This document shows, piece after piece, positions 20,099 to 28,625 of a stretch of DNA of 64,000 bases. Origin of the DNA: Acidimicrobiia bacterium (GTDB taxonomy: Bacteria; Actinomycetota; Acidimicrobiia; IMCC26256; PALSA-610); contig JBBQER010000004.1 in assembly GCA_038320885.1 (NCBI GenBank), forward strand, positions 177 through 64,176, read 5' to 3'. Below the pieces are notes generated by a model. That model saw only the letters and a program-made list of their open reading frames with translations, had not been told where the DNA came from and did not search any database. The translations under genes were made by a program, and so were the position numbers. The first letter of the stretch is position 1. Each line of letters begins with the position of its first letter.

Positions 20099-20493
20099 AC
20101 AGGCGGGACTCGGATTGCTACCGATGTGAGTCGCGTTGCTCGATTTTGGACGAGTTGCGGCGATCCTTGCCACGAAACAGTTCCTCCTCCGCTCCACGCG
20201 CATGCTCGCACGGCCGTCAAACGCGAACGGCACATACCTGTTTCGAAAGCACCAAATAGACCTGCGAATGCGTCGCGATTTTCCCAAAACGCCTTGGCGA
20301 TACCCCGCGAGGCCAAAGCTTCACCGTCTTGTTACACGGATGAGCGCCGACTGTCAGATCGCTACAAGGTCTTCGACGATCAGTGTTCTCACTCGGCGCC
20401 GCTCTTCACACTCCAAACGGACGTGGAGTTCAGGGTCGCCGCTGATCCGGAGACTAGCGGCACGACCCCCGGGCACGTCTAAGTTGCTAGGAG

Positions 20494-22743
20494 ATGTCGG
20501 AATTGCGTCGCGCAACCAGTCCGCCGCGCGGGAGTCACCGCCGGTCGCTCGTCGCGGGCGCGGTGCTCGCAGCACTGCTTTCGAGCGTCGCGGTCACGCT
20601 GGTGACCCACCTCTGGAGCGCACGCGTCGACAGCGTCCCGTTCGAGTACACGCACTCCCCCGGCGACGATCAGCAGGACGCCACGCTCGACCTGATGCTG
20701 ATCAAGGACATCCACGAGACCGGTTGGTTCAACCGGAACCCCGCGCTCAACGCGCCGTTCGAACAGCGGTGGGCCGAGTGGCCGATGGGTGGCGATCTGC
20801 TCGCCTACACGGTGAAGAAGGCGATCGTCGAGACGACCGGCAACGTCCCGCTGACCTTCAACCTGTTCTGGCTCCTCACGTTCCCGCTGACGGCGCTCGT
20901 CGCGTTCCCGGCGTTGCGGTCGCTGCGGTGCTCGTGGTGTTCGGCGCTCGCCGGCGCCATTCTCTTCTCGCTGGCGCCGTACCACTTCCGAAACGGTGCC
21001 GCGCACGAGAACCTCGCGTTCTACGTCGGCATACCCGTGATCGTGCTCCTCTGCGCGAGGATCCTCGGCCCCGATGCGGCGCTCCCGACCGTCGCCGACT
21101 TGCGTCACCGCGCCGCGTGGTGGCAGCTGCGGTGGCTGTTGCTCGGCGTCGTCCTGATCGCGGTCACCGGGATCTACTACCTCGCGTTCCTGCTCTCGAT
21201 GCTCGCTATCTGCGCGACCGTGAGCGCGATCGCGCGGCGCCGGCCCGGTCGCCTGCTGATCGCGCTGCCATTCGCCGCGATCGGGCTGCTCGCATCGTTC
21301 CTCGCGAACCTGCCGACGCTGCTGTTCCGCTGGGACCACGCTCCCAACCGGCTCGGCGTGCCCGACCGGCTCGTCGGCGCGGCGGAGGCGTATCCGCTCC
21401 GGCTGGTCGAGTTGCTCAGCCCGGTCACCGCGCACCGCTTCGGTCCGTTCGCGGCCCTGGCCGACCACCTGTACGAGCCCGGCCGCGAGGGCTTCGGGAG
21501 CGCCCAGCTCGGGCTTGTCGCCGCGATCGGCTTCGTCTGCGCCGTCGTGACGGTGCTGGTGCGCGCGGTGCGCGGCACCGAACGCCGCGGTTGGTCGTTG
21601 GAGTCGCGTCTCGGCGTCATCATCGTCGCGGCGCTGCTGCTCGGCATGAAGGGCGGCGTGAGCCGCGCGCTCGAGTTCGCGGGGCTCCAAGGCGTGCGCG
21701 CGTGGTCCCGCATCGCGATCGTCGTCGCGTTCGCGAGCATCGTCGTGTTCGCCCGCCTGCTCGACCGGCTCCGCGTCGTGCTCCGCCGACGTCACTGGCC
21801 CCGATTCCGGCTCGTGTACTCGTCGTTCCTCGTGTTCGTCGTCGTGCTCGGTGTGCTCGATCAGGCGTCGCCCCTCCTCATGCCGAGCGCCGGTGCGTCG
21901 GCGCGGGCGGAGTCGTGGCGCGCCGACGACGCGTTCGTCGCATCGATGCAGCGGCAGCTCCCGCACGGCGCCATGGTGTTCCAGCTCCCGGTCGTCGACT
22001 TTCCCGAGCACGGATCAGTCGGCCGCATGTCGTCCCACGACCTGATCAAGGAGGGGTACCTTCACTCCCGGACGTTGCGGTGGAGCACAGGCGGCGTCCG
22101 CGGTCGCGACGGCGAGTGGCAATGGCCCGCGGCGGCGCTCCCGATGCGCGACCTCGTGCGGGGCGTGACCGCGATGGGCTTCTCGGCGCTGATGCTCGAC
22201 CGCTACGGATACGGCAATCACGCCGACAAGGAGCTGCGCGAGCTGAACGCCGTGCTCGGCGATCCGATCGCGACCAGCGAACGCCGTCTCGTCGCGTGGG
22301 ATCTGCGTCCGGCCCGCGCGTCCCTATTGCGCGGCTTGAGTGCGGCCGAACGGCGCGCGCTCGCGCAGCGGATACTCGACGCGCCGCGGCTCTACATGTC
22401 GACCGACGCCGATCCGCTCACGGGTCGCGGCGAGAAGCACGAGATTTGCGCCCACGCCTCGATCACGCTCGTGAATCCGGGCGCGCACGCAGTGGGTTCC
22501 GCGCTCGAGATCACGTTCCGACAGCGGGAGTCGGCGGCGACGGCCGGCCACGTGGAGATCCGCGGGCGGAGCATTCGGATCTCCGTCGACAAGCACGTCA
22601 ACACGATCCCGCTCCGCGTCGCGCCCGGGGTGACGGATATCAAGGTCTCGGTCGGTACGCCCCACGTGCGCTGCCGGTCGGTACCCGACGACTCCTTGCC
22701 CTCGATATCCGTGAAACTGGTTCCCGACGGCGCGGCGGAGTAG
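20494..22743 (+). CDS. Large polytopic membrane protein, GT-C/YfhO-like, with C-terminal extracytoplasmic domain
   Basis: RBS AGGAG; acidic GDDQQD loop after TM1, LAPYHF, GIYY, RAW.R and WSTGGVRGR; many TMs. Confidence 0.6.
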   Translation: MSELRRATSPPRGSHRRSLVAGAVLAALLSSVAVTLVTHLWSARVDSVPFEYTHSPGDDQQDATLDLMLIKDIHETGWFNRNPALNAPFEQRWAEWPMGGDLLAYTVKKAIVETTGNVPLTFNLFWLLTFPLTALVAFPALRSLRCSWCSALAGAILFSLAPYHFRNGAAHENLAFYVGIPVIVLLCARILGPDAALPTVADLRHRAAWWQLRWLLLGVVLIAVTGIYYLAFLLSMLAICATVSAIARRRPGRLLIALPFAAIGLLASFLANLPTLLFRWDHAPNRLGVPDRLVGAAEAYPLRLVELLSPVTAHRFGPFAALADHLYEPGREGFGSAQLGLVAAIGFVCAVVTVLVRAVRGTERRGWSLESRLGVIIVAALLLGMKGGVSRALEFAGLQGVRAWSRIAIVVAFASIVVFARLLDRLRVVLRRRHWPRFRLVYSSFLVFVVVLGVLDQASPLLMPSAGASARAESWRADDAFVASMQRQLPHGAMVFQLPVVDFPEHGSVGRMSSHDLIKEGYLHSRTLRWSTGGVRGRDGEWQWPAAALPMRDLVRGVTAMGFSALMLDRYGYGNHADKELRELNAVLGDPIATSERRLVAWDLRPARASLLRGLSAAERRALAQRILDAPRLYMSTDADPLTGRGEKHEICAHASITLVNPGAHAVGSALEITFRQRESAATAGHVEIRGRSIRISVDKHVNTIPLRVAPGVTDIKVSVGTPHVRCRSVPDDSLPSISVKLVPDGAAE

Positions 22744-22749
22744 CCGCGC

Positions 22750-24147
22750 TTACGACGCTTTCTTCAGGAGCGCCTGGTGCGCGTCTTCCACCGCGTGCGC
22801 CATGTCGTGCAGCCGCGGTGCGAGCTCACGGCAGGCGATGAAGCCCCAGTCGATCCGGTCGATGTAGCTCATCACGGTGATGTTCAATCCGGCACCTTCG
22901 ATCGGCGGACCGAGCGGCACCATCGAAACCAGGCGCGCGCCTCCGAGGTAGAGCGGGAACGGCGGTCCGGGCACGTTGGAGATGACGAGGTTGATCGGGA
23001 CCGCCCCCCGGCTCGCGAGCCCACCCAGCAGCCGGCTCGCCAAGCCGAAGCTCCGCGGACCGGCGAGCTCGCCGAGCTCGAGCAACGTGCGCGCGCCCAT
23101 GGCCTGGTGCTCCTCCTTCGCGCCTTTCGTCGTGTCACGAATGTGCGCGATCTGTTCCTCGGGATCTTCGAGATGCGTCGGCAGTGATACGAACATCGCC
23201 GAGACCTTGTTCGCGCTCTCGATGTCGGCGGTCTCGTCGTTGCGAACCGACACCGGGCACGCGGCGATCAAGGGTCGATCGGGCAACTCGTCGAGATCCT
23301 TCAGATACTGGCGGAGCGCGCCGGTCGCCGTCGCCAGCACGATGTCGTTGACCGTGCAGCCGAACGCGTTCTTCATCGTCTTCACTTCGTCGAGCGGGAC
23401 CGAGGCGAAGGCGACGCGCCGGTGCGGCGTCAACGGCGCGTTCCAGGGCGCGCGCGGCGTGTCGAACGGAGTCCCTCCGGAAGGACTGCTCGAGCGACGT
23501 GCACGCGTGATACCAATCGCACTGCGCAAGAGGTTCGGCGTTGCCATCGCCAGCGCGAGCGGCATCGGCCGGCGCAGTCGCGACACGATCGCGTGGCGCA
23601 CCAGCTCCACGTCGGAGGGCTTGTGCTCCGGCACCCAGGCGTCGGGTGCGGGCGATTCCTCGGCCGGCGCGGCCTCGAGATCGAGGATGTTGGTGAGCAG
23701 GCTCGATCCGGAAACTCCGTCGATGGTTGCGTGATGCATGCGCGCGAGCACCGCGACCGCGCCGTTCTCGACGCCCTCGATGATCCAGAACTCCCAGAGC
23801 GGTCGCGCCCGATCGAGCGGACGGCTCGCAATGTCGCCGACGATGTCGGCCACCTTCTCGGGCGTTCCGGGCGACGGCACCGCGATGTGGCGAACGTGGT
23901 AATCGAGATCGAAGTCGGGGTCGTCGAACCACACCGGCCGGTGCAGATCAAAGGGAACGTGGGCCAGCCGCCGGCGAAACTCCGGGAGCCGGGGCAGGCG
24001 CGACGCAAGGTGGGCCTTGATCTTCTCGAACGAATAGCCGCCCGGCACGGTCGACGGATCCAGGAGCATCACGGCCTGGACCTGCATATGACTGGTCGGT
24101 GTCTCCAGATAGAGAAACGCCGTGTCGATCCCGCTCAAACGCCGCAT
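22750..24147 (-). CDS. Wax ester synthase/diacylglycerol acyltransferase (WS/DGAT)
   Basis: MRRLSGIDTAFLYLE N-terminus, catalytic HHATIDG, TVND and NLVISNVPGP. Confidence 0.95.
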   Translation of the reverse strand: MRRLSGIDTAFLYLETPTSHMQVQAVMLLDPSTVPGGYSFEKIKAHLASRLPRLPEFRRRLAHVPFDLHRPVWFDDPDFDLDYHVRHIAVPSPGTPEKVADIVGDIASRPLDRARPLWEFWIIEGVENGAVAVLARMHHATIDGVSGSSLLTNILDLEAAPAEESPAPDAWVPEHKPSDVELVRHAIVSRLRRPMPLALAMATPNLLRSAIGITRARRSSSPSGGTPFDTPRAPWNAPLTPHRRVAFASVPLDEVKTMKNAFGCTVNDIVLATATGALRQYLKDLDELPDRPLIAACPVSVRNDETADIESANKVSAMFVSLPTHLEDPEEQIAHIRDTTKGAKEEHQAMGARTLLELGELAGPRSFGLASRLLGGLASRGAVPINLVISNVPGPPFPLYLGGARLVSMVPLGPPIEGAGLNITVMSYIDRIDWGFIACRELAPRLHDMAHAVEDAHQALLKKAS

Positions 24148-24237
24148 TGCTCTCCCTCGACCGTGACCAGTCTGTGGCATGAGCGTGCCCGCTGCAACGC
24201 TGCGAGAAACTGCGGGAAGGCGCGCGAGCATGCAGGT

Positions 24238-25389
24238 GTGATCTCAGGCTTCGTCCATCCCGACTTCGGCGGCGTCACCCAGGCGCTGCGGAGGGTCGCA
24301 ACGCACAAGCGCGGGGGCGGCGCGGCAGTCGCCGTCTACCACCGGGGCGAGCTCGTAGTGGACGCCTGGACGGGGGCGCACGACGCGTTGGGCACGCGGT
24401 GGCAGTCGGACACGATGGCCATGAGCTTCTCGACGACGAAAGGCGTCATCGCGACCACGGTGCACCGTCTCGTCGACCGGGGCCTGATCGACTACGACGA
24501 GCCGGTCGCGACGTATTGGCCGGAGTTCGCCGCGGCCGGCAAGGAGCGCATCACGGTTCGCCAACTCCTCAACCACTCTGCCGGGCTCCACCACCTCCGC
24601 GATGTGATCCCGGACGCGTACGAGATGCTCGATTGGGATCTCGTGTGCTCGAAGCTCGCGGCCGAGGCGCCGCGCTACCCGCCCGGCACGCGCCACGGTT
24701 ACCACGGCATCACGTACGGCTTTCTCGTCGGTGAGGTCATCCAACGGGTGACGGGCTCCTCGGTTCACGACGCGGTCGAAGCCGAGATCGTGAAGCCGCT
24801 CGGACTCGACGGCATGACGATCGGCGCGCCGCCCGACCAGCGCGGCCGCGTGGCGGATCTCATCGTGCGCTTCGGCAACGCGGAGCGGGCCGAGCGTTTC
24901 GCCCGCCGCGCGTCACGACTGGCGTGGATGCGACCGGCAATCGACACCTTCGTGGTGCCCGAGTCCGACCGGTTCTACGCGTCGAGCGAGATCCTCGACA
25001 GCGCGGTTCCCGCGGTCAACGGTTGCTTCACCGCGCGTTCGCTGGCGCGGATGTACGCGGCGCTCGCCGGCGGCGGCGTGCTCGACGGCGAGCGCTTTCT
25101 CTCGACCGAGACGCTGCGCCGCGCCACCGAGATCCAGGCGACCGGCATCGACATCGTCGTCGGCTTCCGCATGCGGTGGCGGCTCGGCTACCACCTCGCC
25201 GCGACCACACGGGGCATCATCCCGAACGGCTTCGGGCACTTCGGCTTCGGCGGATCCGGAGCGTGGGCCGATCCCGACAACGACCTCGCGGTTGCGTTCG
25301 TGTGCAACCGCGTGGCCGGTACGCCGTTCGGCGACACCCGTTTCCTGCGCATCGGCGCCCAAGCGCGCGTGGCGGCGACCTCGCGCTGA
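24238..25389 (+). CDS. Serine hydrolase, beta-lactamase-related (EstA/family VIII esterase)
   Basis: SxxK (FSTTK), LLNHSAG, GYH and FGHFGFGGS; divergent from WS/DGAT. Confidence 0.9.
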   Translation: MISGFVHPDFGGVTQALRRVATHKRGGGAAVAVYHRGELVVDAWTGAHDALGTRWQSDTMAMSFSTTKGVIATTVHRLVDRGLIDYDEPVATYWPEFAAAGKERITVRQLLNHSAGLHHLRDVIPDAYEMLDWDLVCSKLAAEAPRYPPGTRHGYHGITYGFLVGEVIQRVTGSSVHDAVEAEIVKPLGLDGMTIGAPPDQRGRVADLIVRFGNAERAERFARRASRLAWMRPAIDTFVVPESDRFYASSEILDSAVPAVNGCFTARSLARMYAALAGGGVLDGERFLSTETLRRATEIQATGIDIVVGFRMRWRLGYHLAATTRGIIPNGFGHFGFGGSGAWADPDNDLAVAFVCNRVAGTPFGDTRFLRIGAQARVAATSR

Positions 25390-25481
25390 CGATCGGGTAC
25401 GAGCACTACCTCCGCGTGAACAGTCGGAGAAGTCCCGCCCGCGACGCGTCCTATCCGGCAACCCCGGGGTACAACGCCGGG

Positions 25482-25694
25482 ATGGAACCGCGCCCGCCCG
25501 ACGAAGAGACCATGGTCAAGGTCGCCGTCGCCGATCTGGACGATCGATTCGAGTCGATCGACCGGTCCAGGATCGAGACCACCGTCCGGAGACTCGTGCA
25601 CGAATTGCTCGCCCGGGCCCGGGTGAAGACGTTCGTCGGCATCCTCGCCGAACGCCGCGCGCACGACGAGCTCGAGCGGGTCGTCGACGGGTGA
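25482..25694 (+). CDS. Small three-helix-bundle protein (DUF3562-like)
   Basis: 70 aa; ARVKTFVGILAERRA pattern recalled for this family; C-terminal part of ORF 24924..25694. Confidence 0.7.
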   Translation: MEPRPPDEETMVKVAVADLDDRFESIDRSRIETTVRRLVHELLARARVKTFVGILAERRAHDELERVVDG

Positions 25695-25710
25695 CGAGGC
25701 CCGCAAGCAT

Positions 25711-25745
25711 GAAGGACCCCCGCCTCGAGGAGACGGGGGTCCTTC
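25711..25745. terminator. Hairpin terminator between convergent genes
   Basis: Perfect 12-bp inverted repeat GAAGGACCCCCG/CGGGGGTCCTTC between two convergent stop codons. Confidence 0.75.
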
Positions 25746-25780
25746 GGCACACACACGACGTGACGTGGTGATCCTGAGCG

Positions 25781-25972
25781 TCAGTCGCGCTGGAGCTTTT
25801 CCTTCACCTTGTCGATCACGTCTTCGGCCTTGTCCTTGACGTCGTCGACGAATTCCTTGGCCTTGCCGCTCGCGCGATCGACCTTGCCCTCGTTCTTGAG
25901 ATCCTGGTTGTCGGTGAGGTCGCCGACGGCTTCCTTGGCGCGACCCTTGAGGTCGTCGGTGTTCGGTTCCAT
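25781..25972 (-). CDS. csbD: CsbD-family general stress protein
   Basis: 63 aa; [35 protein letters not shown] is a typical CsbD pattern. Confidence 0.9.
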   Translation of the reverse strand: MEPNTDDLKGRAKEAVGDLTDNQDLKNEGKVDRASGKAKEFVDDVKDKAEDVIDKVKEKLQRD

Positions 25973-26046
25973 GAGTCGTCTCGTTTCGAATCGGGGGGAC
26001 ATACAGGGGGAAGTGTCAGACGGCACGAGATGCCGACCCCCGGTTT

Positions 26047-26073
26047 GTACCCATTTGCCGGCCGGCCGACACC
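26047..26073 (-). promoter_or_regulatory. Putative SigB/SigF-type promoter of csbD
   Basis: Minus strand GGTGT-N16-GGGTAC, one mismatch from the actinobacterial SigF-type GGWWT-N16/17-GGGTAY; lies upstream of a classic general-stress gene. Confidence 0.55.
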
Positions 26074-26252
26074 TCCCGCCGAACCGGCTGTGTCGCAGTC
26101 TCCTGGCGAAGGGCGAATCTCGAGTTGTCCAAATGTTGTGCAAACCAACATGGATTCACGAGCGAGATTCGCCGATACAAAAGCCGCCCGGGTCAACCGG
26201 GTGGGCGATATCCCTGTCCCGGACAAAACGGGTGACAGGGCTGGGAGATTGC

Positions 26253-27761
26253 ATGCCTACCGACGATCGGCCGCTCGTGCCCTTCGGTGAGGTTCAACCG
26301 CGCGCGCTCGTCGTCGACGACGACGTCGCCGCGCGGCATCTGTTCGCGCGGATCCTCCGCCAGGCCGGAATCGACACCGTCGTCGCCTGCGACGGCAAGC
26401 GCGCGCTCGAGATCCTCGAGCACGACTCGATGCACCTGTTGATCATCGATCGCCACATGCCCGGGCTCAGCGGTCTCGACGTGATCGAGCGCCTGCGGGC
26501 CGAGCCCGCGACCGCGCACCTTCCGGTGATCCTCATCACCGCCGACACCGATCTCACCGACCGTGTGTACGGGCTCGAACACGGAGCCGACGATTACCTG
26601 TCGAAGCCGGTCGAAGCCGACGAGCTCGTCGCCCGGGCCCACGCACAACTGCGCCGCCGATCGCCCGACGACGGCATTCGCCAGTTCGTCGAGGAGGCCA
26701 ACGACGCGTTCGTCTCCTGGAATGCCTCGGGCACGATCACGGAGTGGACGGCCCACGCCGAAGCGCTCTTCGGCTGGTCACGCGACGAGCTGCTCGGCGA
26801 GTCGTTCGCCATGACGATCCTGGCTCCCGGACACCGGATCGTCCACGCCCTCCGAATGGAACGGTTCCTCGGTGACGGCACACCGCCGCTGCTCGGAAAG
26901 TGGTTCGAGCTCGCGGGCCTCCGAAAGGATGGGATCGAGATCCCGATCGACATGACGGTATGGCTCGTCTCCGATCACGGGCACCGCACGTTCCACGCGT
27001 TCATCCGCGACATCTCGAAGCGGAACGAGATCGAGAACGCGCTCCGAGAGCGCGCGCGACTGCAAACGGTTGTCGAAGGCGTCACCGACGTGATCGTCCT
27101 CACGGATCTCGCCGGCGTGATCGTCTACGCCTCGCCGTCGGCGCGCAGCGCGTTCGGATTCGAGCCTCACGAGCTCTACGGCCATGTTCTCGACGAGTTC
27201 GTGCACGTCGACGATCAGCAGATCTTCGACCGGACGCTCGGTCGCGCGGTCACGATCGGCTCGGGACTCGTGAAGGCGCAACGGATCCGCACCCGGGACG
27301 GCCGTTACGTCTGGATGGAAGGGGCGACGGGCGTCGTGCGCGACGGAGCATCGGGCGAGGTGACCGGCCTCGAGATCGTGTTGCGTGACATCACCAGCCG
27401 CAAGCTCGCCGACGTGGCGCGCAAGCGCGCAACCGGCGAGCTCACCACCATGATCAAGGACCTGCGCGCCGACGTCGACCGCGAGCACGAAATCGTCGAG
27501 CACCTGCGAGCACGCGATCGCGTCAAGACCGATCTCGTGTCCACCGTGTCGGCCGAGCTGAGGTCGCAGCTGACCGGCATCTGCGGCTATGTCGAATTGC
27601 TGGGCGATCCCGACATCGATCTGCGAACGACCCGCGAGCGGACGATGCTCGACAACGTGGAACGCAGGATCAACGGGGTGCTCTCCATGATCGAGAGCCT
27701 GTCGGCGATCGGCAGCGCCGAATCGGCCGCGCTCATCCCCGCGCGGTTGTCCCGGGAATAG
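26253..27761 (+). CDS. REC-PAS-PAS signalling protein with a degenerate HisKA-like helix and no HATPase domain
   Basis: REC (VVDDD, IIDRHMPG, LSKP), two PAS domains, then VSAELRSQLTGICGY (H-box-like with His replaced by Ala) and a stop about 70 aa later. Confidence 0.85.
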   Translation: MPTDDRPLVPFGEVQPRALVVDDDVAARHLFARILRQAGIDTVVACDGKRALEILEHDSMHLLIIDRHMPGLSGLDVIERLRAEPATAHLPVILITADTDLTDRVYGLEHGADDYLSKPVEADELVARAHAQLRRRSPDDGIRQFVEEANDAFVSWNASGTITEWTAHAEALFGWSRDELLGESFAMTILAPGHRIVHALRMERFLGDGTPPLLGKWFELAGLRKDGIEIPIDMTVWLVSDHGHRTFHAFIRDISKRNEIENALRERARLQTVVEGVTDVIVLTDLAGVIVYASPSARSAFGFEPHELYGHVLDEFVHVDDQQIFDRTLGRAVTIGSGLVKAQRIRTRDGRYVWMEGATGVVRDGASGEVTGLEIVLRDITSRKLADVARKRATGELTTMIKDLRADVDREHEIVEHLRARDRVKTDLVSTVSAELRSQLTGICGYVELLGDPDIDLRTTRERTMLDNVERRINGVLSMIESLSAIGSAESAALIPARLSRE

Positions 27762-27848
27762 CGGTCTCGTTTGGCGCAGTAGTCAACTTGTGTCTACGCC
27801 GGATCGGCGCGTTAGTCTCGAGTTGACTATGACGAAGGGGATCAATCC

Positions 27849-28625
27849 GTGCGCCAACTCCGTATCTTCGGCATCCTCGCCGCGCTCGCGACACTCCTGC
27901 TCGCCGGTTGCGGGTCGAGCAGCAAACCCACGTCGACCGGTGGATCGGGGAAGCTCACCGGCAGTATCACCGTGCTCGCGGGTTCATCGTTGACGACGAG
28001 CTTCACCGCGCTCGGTGAGGAGTTCCAAACGGCACACCCCGGCACGACGATCGAGTTCAGCTTCGGTTCGTCTTCCGACCTGGAGCAGTCGATCGAGCAG
28101 GGCGCGCCCGCCGACGCGTTCGCGTCCGCCGACGAGAAGAACATGACGAAGCTCGTCGCGGCCGGCGACAACTCGGGCGCGTCCGTGAACTTCGCCAAGA
28201 ACCGGCTCGAGATCGCGGTCGAGAAGGGCAATCCCAAGCACATCGCCACGCTGAACGACCTGACGAAGCCGGGACTGGTGGTCGTGCTGTGTGACCCGTC
28301 GGCGCCGTGTGGAAAGTATGCGGCACAGGTCTTGGACAACGCCAAGGTGAAGCTCACGCCGAAGTCCCTCGAGGCGAACGTGAAGTCGACATTGTCGAAG
28401 GTCGAGCTCGGCGAGGCCGACGCCGCGATCGTGTACGTCACCGACGTCGCCTCGTCTGGCAAGGTGGACGGCGTCAAGATCCCCGACAAGGTGAACGTGT
28501 TGACGACGCTGCCGATCGTGGCGCTCAAGGACTCCAAAAACGCGGCGCTGGCCAAGGCCTGGGTCGACTTCGTCGTCTCTCATCAGTCGGAGCTCGTGAG
28601 CAAGTACGGATTCCTTCCTCTGTGA
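27849..28625 (+). CDS. modA: Molybdate ABC transporter substrate-binding lipoprotein
   Basis: Lipobox LAGC, AGSSL, FGSSSDL and GEADAAIVYVTD. Confidence 0.93.
   Translation: MRQLRIFGILAALATLLLAGCGSSSKPTSTGGSGKLTGSITVLAGSSLTTSFTALGEEFQTAHPGTTIEFSFGSSSDLEQSIEQGAPADAFASADEKNMTKLVAAGDNSGASVNFAKNRLEIAVEKGNPKHIATLNDLTKPGLVVVLCDPSAPCGKYAAQVLDNAKVKLTPKSLEANVKSTLSKVELGEADAAIVYVTDVASSGKVDGVKIPDKVNVLTTLPIVALKDSKNAALAKAWVDFVVSHQSELVSKYGFLPL

Noticed and set aside
20290-20370. CCGCGAGGCCAAAGC resembling part of a c-di-GMP-I riboswitch
   Set aside because: No GGCAAA P1 start and no correctly paired GACGCAAAGC context.
20126-20482. 118-aa ORF in the intergenic gap
   Set aside because: No RBS, atypical codon usage and no recognisable motif.
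20136-22841. Long alternative-frame ORFs (this 901-aa one, also 45544..48162, 31461..33779, 53021..54961, 58720..60774)
   Set aside because: Arg/Pro/Ala-rich or antisense shadows of real genes, expected in high-GC DNA with few stop codons.
24238-25389. Beta-lactamase resistance gene
   Set aside because: No signal peptide, and the motifs fit cytoplasmic family VIII esterases.
26171-26178. GCCGATAC as a sigma-28/WhiG-type -10 element
   Set aside because: No TAAA-like -35 at the correct spacing.
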